A stretch of 64,000 nucleotides of DNA from Eledone cirrhosa. Lineage: Eukaryota. The position numbers and the translations under genes are program-made. The notes under the pieces are model-generated. The model saw nothing but the letters and a program-made list of their open reading frames with translations, was not told the DNA's origin and made no database searches. Below, piece by piece: positions 45,879 to 55,053 of the stretch. The stretch is from NCBI GenBank assembly GCA_964016885.1, contig OZ024741.1, positions 40,734,001 to 40,798,000 of the forward strand, written 5' to 3'. How positions within the stretch are numbered: position 1 is the stretch's first letter; every line of letters starts with the position of its first letter.

Positions 45879-46176
45879 GAGTATTAGATTTGCAATGGTG
45901 AGGTTGTGAGTTTGATTCTCAGACTGGGTGATACATTGTGTTGTTCAGCAAGACACTTTATTTCACATTGTTCCAGGTCACTCAGCTGTAGAAATGAGTT
46001 GCAATGTCACTGGTACCAAGCTGTATTGGCCATTGCCTTTCCCTTGGGCAACATCTGTGGCATGAAGTAGGGAGATGAGTATGTATGGGCAACTGCTGGT
46101 CTTCCACAAACATATTTTGCTCAGACTTGTGCTTCAGAGGGGAACTTTCTAGGTGCAAAACCATGGTCTTTTTAAG
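45879..46176 (+). mobile_element. tRNA-derived SINE, 5'-clipped, with 11-bp TSD
   Basis: B-box-like GAGTTTGATTC; body shared with the copies at 58079 and 54417; AATCTTTGTTA duplicated at 45868-45878 and 46177-46187. Confidence 0.75.
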
Positions 46177-46809
46177 AATCTTTGTTAAGCTATACTCCAA
46201 ACATCAACATAATAATGAAAAAGTTAGTTATATTATTAAATCCTTCCAAATTTTTGATTATATTCAGAATTAATTGAAAAATATTGGTAGTATTCACTGG
46301 AAATATGGTAATGAAAAGGTTAAATTTTCCAGTGATTTTAAAATGGTAACATCACACAAAAACTATTGGATTATTAAATTAAAATCTTTGTAAAATTTAG
46401 TTACATTAATCTAATTTCATATGAGTTACTGCTACAACACCTGGTACACCTCTGTGTGTGCACCATTTGCAAACATCTGTTTTGCTGTATTATAATTAGA
46501 ATCTAAATAAATTTATACTCTATGGAGCACTGCAAGAATTTAAAGTCTGAAAAGATGAGTGTCCTAAATGCTGAAAATTACTGTAAAAACTATTGATTAC
46601 TATTAATTATAGTTGAGAAAATTGAGTAAAATATTCAGAGATGGAAGGAAATCGAACCCTGCATCTCCTGAATATAATATGACTGTGTTAAACACTACCA
46701 AAAGGGTGATTGACATTTTCTTCTGTCATTTTAGAATGTTATATAGCTTCTGGTTTATTTCTTCCTGATGTTATTTTAGTGTTTCACCTATTTGTTATGT
46801 AATATATGC

Positions 46810-46841
<32 letters not shown>

Positions 46842-47064
46842 TTAAAAAAATAGAGGTGTGACACACGAGTTGTGATATATTAGTAAAAAGGAAAAGAAAA
46901 TGCTGACAAATTTTTCCCACTGAAAAATTAGGAATAAGTATAAATTAGTAATAAGTATTAGTTAGTATTCAGTTTTAGTTTTAAGTTTTTACCGGTTACG
47001 CATTTCTTAAGATTTTCAAAAATAATTTTGAGATAGAGTGCTCGTGATTTTTGCTCTAATCTCA
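46842..47064 (-). mobile_element. Family C PLE-like remnant between (TA)n runs
   Basis: Tail motif GAGGTGTGACACACGAG (46853-69) resembles the reverse complement of 48675-48691. Minus-strand TTGAAAA...GCGTAACCGGTA hammerhead relic at 47019-46990. Confidence 0.5.
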
Positions 47065-47086
47065 TATATATATATATATATACACA

Positions 47087-47350
47087 TCATTGTCAACATC
47101 ATCATCAACGTTTTTATGTCCATTTTTCCATGCTTATATGGAATGAACATCTCCTTTTCAGCACAACATCTCTCCACTTGCCACGTTTCTTCATCATCAT
47201 CTCTGTGAGTCTCAGCAATTTGAGCTCAGCTCTCACCACCTCTGCCCAAGTCTTCCTCGGTCTACCTCTACTGCAGCTTCCATCCAATGGCATTGCCTGG
47301 CACCTCTTCAACCAGTGATCATCATTCATGCACATCATATGTCCGTACTA
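47087..47350 (-). mobile_element. Old RTE LINE 3' end
   Basis: MMCMNDDHWLKRCQAMPLDGSCSRGRPRKTWAEVVRAELKLL plus CAT-repeat tail. Confidence 0.8.
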
Positions 47351-47513
47351 ATATATATATGTCTGTATATGTATACAGGGCCGGCGTTACCATATAGGCA
47401 AACTAGGCAGCCACCTACCTTGCCTCAAGTGGGACAACTCCCGTCTAACCCATTCTAGCGTGGAAGATGGGCGTTAAACGAAGATGATAATGATGATGAT
47501 GATGATGATGATG

Positions 47514-47706
47514 ATAGGAAAATGTATGACCCCGACGGCAGAGCTCAAGCCGTTTCGATGGCTATTTCTGGACTGAAATAGCCGTCGAAACGGCTTGAGC
47601 TCTGCCGTCGGGGTCATACATTTTTCTATTACCCACTCTACTACTCTAAGTATTGAGTACTCTGGTGCGTATGGTCCATCTGGTTCCTTACTACACCTCC
47701 TTCGTT
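47514..47706 (+). mobile_element. Tailed hairpin element (family B)
   Basis: 55-bp inverted arms 47514-47568/47575-47629 with tail 47630-47706. Close copy at 59672-59874. Lies between (ATG)n and (TA)n. Confidence 0.75.
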
Positions 47707-47912
47707 ATATATATATATATATAGTTGTTATATAGTAAGGTGTATTATTGGTTGTGTCATACGGTCCAATAAACTTTTGTTAGCAATATTAAGTTCTCCA
47801 CGCTTTTGTATATCTCCAATTCCATTTATGGGAACAGCTAGATGATGTAAAACGGAGTATTTGTATCAAAATAAAGATCCGAAGACATGGTATAAATGTC
47901 CAATCATTTTAA

Positions 47913-47986
47913 CCACGACACATATTTCAATAAGAGATAGATGGAACGTGTAGCCATGATCGATTATCACTGACCTCGTCAGGTAA
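47913..47986 (-). ncRNA. Type I hammerhead ribozyme motif
   Basis: Minus strand: TTAC-CTGACGA-GGTCAGTGATA...TATCTCTTATT-GAAAT-ATGT-GTC-GTGG. Confidence 0.6.
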
Positions 47987-48460
47987 AAATAAATTGTCTT
48001 CAAATCCTTGATATGAGGGAGAAAATTTAACGATGTTCACTCACTAGAGTTTTGTCCCCCATATGAAGATTAAGCAGCCAAGACACACCGACTGCTATCG
48101 TCTTCAATTAGGGTCATAAAACTATCAAGTCTCTATCTCTCAATACGCTGAACATCAAATCTGTAGAATTACAGTCGGTCACAGTTAGTGTGAGTGAGTA
48201 CATACACACTCACACACACCGACGCGAGGTCGAAGAAAAAAAATATATATACCAACATAGTATTCACCGAAAGTTAGGTTACAAAACAACAAATGTTCTA
48301 TTGGTCAAATCTCAATTTGACGATGTAAATTGGAAAAATTGGGTCAACCGCAACCCTATACACACGCAAATAAATTCGGTACAATGTTCTACTATACGTA
48401 GAACATTGTAACATGTTACAATTCAAACTTGCGTGTGGATATGTATATATATATATATAT

Positions 48461-48732
48461 AAAGATGAAATCGAAAATGCAACTGAAGTCTTATTTTAAA
48501 AAAAATATATATATTTATTTGGTTCCTTTACCGGTTTCGCAGTTCTTCTGCTTTTCAAAAGTATAGTTGAGATGGAGGGTCTGTGAGGAACCAAATAAAT
48601 ATATATATATTTTAAAAAATAAGACTCCAGTTGCATTTTCGATTTCATCTTTTTTTTCTACATACTTTCACTCACTCGTGTAGGACACCTCGGTTATTTT
48701 TCATTTTGTAAAAAAAACCTCACTTTCTAATA

Positions 48733-48737
<5 letters not shown>
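48461..48737. mobile_element. Tailed foldback element (family C)
   Basis: 67-bp inverted arms 48461-48527/48586-48652, tail 48653-48737, (TA)n on both sides. Confidence 0.75.
48526..48561 (-). ncRNA. Minimal hammerhead with U3-A8 core variant
   Basis: CTT-TTGAAAA-GCAG-AAGAA-CTGC-GAAA-CCGG-TA-AAG. Stems I (3 bp) and II (4 bp) intact; palindromic CCGG loop III. Confidence 0.6.
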
Positions 48738-48819
<82 letters not shown>

Positions 48820-48938
48820 TTAGTTAAGCAAAACAAGACCACAAATTTCACAAGGAAGACATTATTTAAAGATTGTCAACATAGTTGTAGTTTCATGTAA
48901 GGAATGTAAAGAATAATAATAATAATACTATAATGTCC

Positions 48939-49057
48939 GTTTACAATTGTTTCGCTACTCCATATAATGCTTTTGGATCAAATGATTATAGATAATTATT
49001 GATTTGGTTCAGATGAAGATAATTAACTTAGGTAAAAATAGAGCAGTTCATCGGAAC
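48939..49057 (-). ncRNA. Hammerhead motif, inverted copy
   Basis: Reverse complement of 49582-49700. Confidence 0.6.
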
Positions 49058-49116
49058 TTCAAAAGGAATATAAATTAAGGTAAAGAAAGATGGTTACATG
49101 AATGTAATGTTCCAGG

Positions 49117-49208
49117 TGCACAGTTAAAACAGCATCGCATACCAGCTCCTATATTGGCTCTACCTCAACTCTTTTAAGGTACGCTATAACGCGCACTCAT
49201 TTTCCTTA
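49117..49208 (+). pseudogene. GIY-YIG endonuclease core remnant
   Basis: CTVKTASHTSSYIGSTS, a 1-nt frameshift, then FKVRYNAHSFSL; matches the YIGxT..FKxRYxxHxxSF pattern of PLE endonucleases. Confidence 0.7.
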
Positions 49209-49581
49209 TAGCTAACATGTTAAACTTATAGCTAACATGTTAAATAGTTATAGCTAACTTAGATAATTATAAGTTACCTCCCTTACATTGTCTCTCACTT
49301 AAATTCATTAGCACTTCTTAACTATAAACCACCTACAATTTCTAATTTCTCGAGGAGTTACTTCCCCTGAAACCAGCCTCTAATTAGTAAGATAAATATG
49401 TCCTTTGGCGGCCATCTTGTTACCCATAGACAGATCTCGTATAATGCAGCCTCGACAGAAGAATATTGCTCGCCTATGGCAGACAATAGGTAGACCCAGG
49501 ACACCATAGTGAAATACCAATATATGGAACATTACATTCATGTAACCATCTTTCTTTACCTTAATTTATATTCCTTTTGAA

Positions 49582-49700
49582 GTTCCGATGAACTGCTCCA
49601 TTTTTACCTAAGTTAATTATCTTCATCTGAACCAGATCAATAATGATCTATAATCATTTGATCCAAAAGCATTATATGGAGTAGCGAAACAATTGTAAAC
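49582..49700 (+). ncRNA. Type I hammerhead motif (CCGATGA variant) with long stem II insert
   Basis: GTT-CCGATGA(49585)-aCTGCTCCA...TGGAGTAGc-GAAAC(49686)-AATT-GTA-AAC. Confidence 0.62.
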
Positions 49701-49823
49701 GGACATTATTAGTATTATTATTATTATTCTTTTCATTCCTTACATGAAACTACAACTATGTTGACAATCTTTAAATAATGTCTTCCTTGTAAAATTTGTG
49801 GTCTTGTTTTGCTTAACTAATGA

Positions 49824-50019
49824 GGATGATGATGATGATGATGATGATGGTGGTAATGATGATGATGGTTATGGTGATGATGGTGATGATGATGGTGATG
49901 ATGATAATGGTGCTGATGGTGATGGTGATGATGATGGTGATGATGGTGATGGTAATCATGATGGTGATGATGGTGATGATGATGGCGATGGTGGTGATGA
50001 TGATGATGATGGTGATGAT
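49824..50019. repeat. (GAT/GGT)n microsatellite
   Basis: Direct reading. Confidence 0.95.
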
Positions 50020-50124
50020 TCTTTAATAACACTGCGCTTGTATGATACAAATCAACTGATATGTGTCATTCACATAAATAACAAATGGGTATTGGATATC
50101 AGATTCGTGGAAACATATGAAGTG

Positions 50125-50273
50125 TTTGTGTGTATGTGAGAGAGAGAGAAAGTGTGTGTGAGAGAGAGAGGGAGAGAGTGTGTGTGAGAGAGAGAGGGAG
50201 AGAGTGTGTGTGTGAGAGAGAGAGATGTGTGTGTGTGAGAGAGAGAGAAAGTGGGTGTGTATGTGTGAGAGAG

Positions 50274-50305
<32 letters not shown>

Positions 50306-50905
50306 AGTGTGTGTGTGTTTGTGTGAATGTGTGTGTGTGAGAGAGAGAGAGAGAGAGGATGTGTGTGCGTATGTGGGTCTATGTGAGAGAGAGAGTGTGT
50401 GTGTGGGTGTGTGGGTGTGTGTGTGAGTGTGTTTTTTTATGTGTATGTTTGTGTGTAGATGTATGTGCGTGCATATGTGGGTGTGTTTGTGTGTGCGTGA
50501 GATAGTATGTGTATGTGAGTGTGTGTGTATATTTGTGTGTGTATTGTGTATGTGTGTGGATGTTAGTGTGTCTATGTGTGGGTGTGTGTTTGTTTGTGTG
50601 GGTGTGTGGGTGTGTGTGTAGATATTAGATCAGAAGAAGTAGGGAGAAGAAAGGACAAGAATAAGCAGAGAGGAGAGTGAAGGAAAGATAGTAGAAGAGA
50701 AAGAATAGGAAGTAAAGAAGGAGAGAAAGAGGGGATGTGTGGAAGAAAGAGAGAGAGAGAGGTAAGGAGCAAGTGAGGAAGAGAAGGGGGAAGTGTGAAA
50801 GAAAGAGAGAGAGAGAGATGAAGAGAATGTGACAGAGAGGAAGAGCGAAAGAAAGAAAGAGAAGTGAATAGAAAGTGAGGAAGAGAATGTGAGTGAGAGT
50901 GAGAA
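50125..50905. repeat. (GT)n/(GA)n compound microsatellite and purine-rich low complexity
   Basis: Direct reading. Confidence 0.9.
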
Positions 50906-51069
50906 ATACATTTATTATGTTTAATATTTCTTCTACAACACAGCAAATAAAACTAATTCACTCCAAGGGAGCAAATATATTTGAAACTGTTTCTACATCA
51001 GTTCCTGCACTTTACCAATATAATTGATATACAACACAACAGGTACAGAGAAATCCTATTACATACACC

Positions 51070-51250
51070 TAAGGCTTGAGCCCCATGCTATCCACCCACA
51101 GCAAAAATCAAACTCGCATCTCATAACATGACAGCACAATTATTTCACCTCAATTGACTCCGTTCTCTTTCACATTACACCCAAAACACATTAAAACCAA
51201 AATAGACCCCATAAAATTCAAAAAGTCTTTGGACAAATTCCTTCAAGAGT
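51070..51250 (+). mobile_element. CR1/L2-like LINE ORF2 C-terminal remnant
   Basis: HNYFTSIDSVLFHITPK/HIKTKIDPIKFKKSLDKFLQE; FKxxLDKFL is typical of CR1-group ORF2 ends. Confidence 0.55.
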
Positions 51251-51959
51251 GGGACAACTTCATAGAAGATGAATGAAAGTGGGTATGAGACCCGTTCATT
51301 ACCATATGTGAATCACTTATGGAAGAACTAAAGCATTATAATTTAAATAAAGTGTCAACCAAAGATAATACTTCAAACCATTTTATTAACATCTACGCAC
51401 GTTTCAACTTCAATGTTACCATGTAAAAATAACGTATCTCCAGGAAATCCATGTAGGATTTGGAGCATGCATGTTGGTCTTTTTTTTCTAAACAATCTGC
51501 ATAAGTTATTCCCCCTTCTTAACGGTGGCGCGACGTTCTTTTAACTATTAACTGCAATAATAGAAACCTTGAAAGAACGAAACAAAATTGATATAGGTGT
51601 TTAAAGACAATGGCTTAAGTATTACGATAGATATAAATGCTAAAGTAATTAACTTCCTCTATATAACATTTGAACTATATACTGGGCTCCATAAATCGGG
51701 TGAACAACTTCTCTATGTAAATAACCGCTCAATTCAGTAGATTCTACTAAAACAAGAGCACACGTAATTAAGCTTGTAGAAGTCTGAAGCAATTAAATAA
51801 CCCTAGTTACGTATTTAACACTCATGCTAACCTATAATTGTAACTACAAACAACCACAAAGCTGCTCCTTGCTGGTTATTGCCTCATTTCATAGTATATC
51901 AATGCTCTCTTTCGATTTCTTCTTATCATGTCAACAAGAGTGTCGGCTACAAAGCTTGC

Positions 51960-52250
51960 CTAGATGTAGTTCCGCCATATCTGAACACAATGCTGTCCTT
52001 TCTCATTAAACTCTGCCAAGTCCAATGCTGTGAAGGGGTGTTCCAGCAGGGGGCATATCGGGAGGTGCTGCGTAGTATGTGGTTTGATGCCGCAGTCACA
52101 CACAACGTCTCCATCCTTTAAATATCCCCATTTTACTAAATTGGCTTTTGCATGACCAACACCATATCTTAATCTGTTGAGGCATTTCCACATTGCATAG
52201 TTTGTATCCGCTCCGAGGGGGCTTACATAATTTTAAATCCCGTTATTATT
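51960..52250 (-). mobile_element. Non-LTR retrotransposon C-terminal CCHC remnant (Ingi/Vingi-like)
   Basis: WKCLNRLRYGVGHAKANLVKWG...CDCG..HTTQHLPICP. Confidence 0.65.
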
Positions 52251-52744
52251 CCCACCTCCACTCTTTTAAGAATGTAGAATTTGGGAATTCTACCTTGCTC
52301 GCCAGTTACCTATGGGATTTGAAAAGTACAATTATCTCTTCTTCCCTATCATGGTCAATTTAGAAAACCACAAAATCGTACGAACCAGGAAAAAAAAAAA
52401 TGCAATATGTGTTTAACCGAGTGCCTCTTAATAATTAAGCCCAATCTAAATGAATACTGTAGGAAGTAGATTATGGATTTATTTCTCTTAACTATAAATT
52501 ATGTTATAAATTTGCCTATTGTTATAACTAATCGCTTGATACTGAAAAACTCACGTTTGTTTTGCACAACGAGTTGACTGCTTTGCACACGTGTCTCTCC
52601 TAGGAAACGACTATTCAAAAAAGCTCTTCAATTTCTTTACTTTATTAATTATGATTTCTTGTTTTTTCTTTGGGACTTGCATGCTCCAATGTGTGTGTGT
52701 GTGTGTGTGTGTACATTTGAGAAAAATAACAGCATTGCCTACCG

Positions 52745-52921
52745 GAGTATGAGTAGGCAGAATGGAGCCTCCTGGGAAAGATGAATCCGTTTATCAAAGG
52801 AACAATAATGTGTTCGTTTTGTATTAGTGAGAAACACAGGAAGTAATCCACCAGATATCTGAAGAGTGAGACTGAGTGAAGAAAATGCCCACATATGAAC
52901 ACACACCTGCTTGTGGCATGG
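52745..52921 (+). pseudogene. Degenerate PLE GIY-YIG C-terminus (Naiad-like)
   Basis: Single frame WSLLGKMNPFIKGTIMCSFCISEKHRK*STRYLKSETE*RKCPHMNTHLL; same W...CxxCxxE...CxH layout as 33362-33604. Confidence 0.65.
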
Positions 52922-53350
52922 GCCAGTACTATTACAACCCTACAACCACCTTAAACAGCCACACCAGGACAACACACATGTACTACATATCCCCGGCAAC
53001 CCTTAAGATATGACAATACGCTTAACCATAATTTCACAGAAATATCATAAACCAGCAACCACCATGGTACGTGTAAATGTATGTATATGCAATTAAATTT
53101 TTTTATTCCAATACACACCTGAATACCCATAATATTCGCAAGAGTTATTCCCACCTGCATAATGAAAAAAATTAAGACATAAGGTTATCCCCCTTACACT
53201 TAGCAAGGTCTCATGTTAATAACTGGTAAACGCAAAACCTTTGGTAAAGGGAATAATTGTCTTATGTTGTTTATTACTTAATTAAATAGCTCTGTAGCAT
53301 ACATAGAGCATTTTCCTTTCCCCTTCCTACGGAAATACTTCATATATATA

Positions 53351-53610
53351 TATGAATGTATGTATAGTATATTTGATAATATATTGTATGTTTAAGGAGT
53401 GAATAGTCTTGATAACCACTAATGAGCGAGAAACAGGACTGTTGATTACTCCCCTTTCTTTTTGCCAAGAATAAGTAAATGACAGTCACTAATTTAAAAA
53501 TTCATAGCGAAAGGTCTTCAAAATGTTTTTAATTAAACATACAGTATATTATCAAATATACTATACATACATTTATATATACATCGCTATTTCAGAACAT
53601 CAATACTAAT
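53351..53610 (+). mobile_element. Tailed foldback element with degenerate hammerhead
   Basis: 45-bp inverted arms 53351-53395/53533-53577, tail to 53610, and CTAATGA (53419)...GCGAAAGGTC (53507-16) in the loop. Confidence 0.55.
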
Positions 53611-54416
53611 ATATATATATATGATATGATATAGTCCAAGGTTAATTGCCACATGTGATCGTTGCTTTTGTCAAGCAGTAGTAGGTAGCTCAATAGATAA
53701 TTCAAATTTGCCTCCATGTCAACAAATCGATTTAAATTCTCATATATATATATAAAATGAGGTAACAGAGTTTATTTGTTCCATACGCTAATGGTATTCC
53801 CTTTAACCTGATAAACACACACTCTCTCTAGTGTGTTTTCTTCTCTATATTATATATATATGTTAGAAGTTTCAGGTACATGTCAGCAAAAATTATGCTG
53901 ACTAAGATATTTGCAATAGATTTGACCAAATGGAAAATATCTGCAAATAACTAAATTTTATCTACTGTTTGATTCAAAATATTTTATTAACGTCTGGAAT
54001 ATGTTTTAAAATTTAAAAAAAAAATTTTTTTTAATAAAAAAAATTCTTGATATTCCAATACATTTCCTATAGTTGAGGAATAAAGTAGTTATCTTGTGTA
54101 ACTCATATCTTTAATGCAAGTTTATCATTCAAATTGTTGATTCAAAATTCTATCCACAACAGGTTCATTTGATAACTAACTAATTGCATGATTGTTTAAA
54201 GTCTTCAACGGTTCTTTACGATTAATAGCAAAGTTCAACTTGTTATAAACACTTTTTAAAGAGAAAACCACTTATACATTTCCGCTACTAAATTTCCTAG
54301 AGAGACATTTAGCTCAAGTACCATTTGCAAAGAATATATTCACATCCAAACAGACGTAATCCAAACAACTAATGGCTAGAATATATGCAGCTCACCACAC
54401 TTGCATAAACATGATT

Positions 54417-54607
54417 TTGTCCAAGGGAAAATCAATGACTGAATCATTGATACAGCTTGGCACCAGTGATGTCGCTATTCATTTCTACAACTGAGTAAAC
54501 TGGAGCAATATGAAATAAAGTGTCTGACTTAAGGACACAATGTATCACCTGGTCTGAGAATCGAACTCACATCCGGATTACAAGCCCAACACTCTAATCA
54601 CTAAGCA
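54417..54607 (-). mobile_element. tRNA-derived SINE
   Basis: Reverse complement has TGCTTAGTGATTAGAG (A box), GAGTTCGATTC (B box) and the body seen at 45879. Confidence 0.75.
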
Positions 54608-54639
54608 TTCACTTAGCATTACACTTTTCTAAAAGTACA

Positions 54640-55014
54640 AAATCAAGAACACAGATGTAGCCATCGGTGTTCAGCTTGTCACCTTGACTGCTGACGACAC
54701 CTAAGATCAATGTTGACGCTGGAAACTTTGTCTGCATGACTCTGAGCACGTCTTTGGATGAGACAGCGAGCCACCTGTTGTTCTGGGAGTTGATCTTCTG
54801 GTCCTTATTTGTCCTCCCGGCACGGATTCCAAGAAGAACTCCGTGTCTCTTCCACAAATTTGGAGGTTCAAAATTATTCATAATCAATTATTCTGAAAAT
54901 AAATAATGGAAATATAGTCACTGTTTTTATGAAGACAAGAGTGACAACAGAAGTAAAAAAAATTTGCATAAAATTAGCAGTTGAAAATTGCGAACAAATA
55001 TCGTCCACACCTTG
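54640..55014 (-). mobile_element. Internally deleted Tc1/mariner (maT/DD37D-like) element with one TIR
   Basis: TA|CAAGGTGTGGACGATA end at 55014; peptide DQKINSQNNRWLAVSSKDVLRVMQTKFPASTLILGVVSSQGD..KLNTDGYI resembles the region after the first catalytic Asp. Confidence 0.7.
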
Positions 55015-55053
55015 TATATATATATATATATATTTATATATATTTATATATAT

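Larger units (their letters stand above)
45543..46319. mobile_element. Putative outer piggyBac-like MITE hosting nested insertions
   Basis: Ends CCCTTTTCAT ... ATGAAAAGG|TTAA; the left TTAA is degenerate. Confidence 0.4.
48817..49823 (+). mobile_element. Penelope-like retroelement remnant with ~298-bp inverted pLTRs
   Basis: Arms 48817-49114/49525-49823, a hammerhead in each arm, and a GIY-YIG remnant starting right at the left arm junction. Flanked by ~(TA)40 and (GAT)n. Confidence 0.82.

Noticed and set aside
47376-47420. CAGGGCCGGCG... possible hAT-type TIR
   Set aside because: No matching second end or TSD found.
47575-47605. Hammerhead in family B hairpins (GAAACGGCTTGAG)
   Set aside because: No CTGANGA box and no proper stem III/NUH; the PLE link for this family rests on architecture and tail motif only.
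49798-50946. Poly-Asp, poly-His and RE/CV-rich ORFs
   Set aside because: Microsatellite translations.
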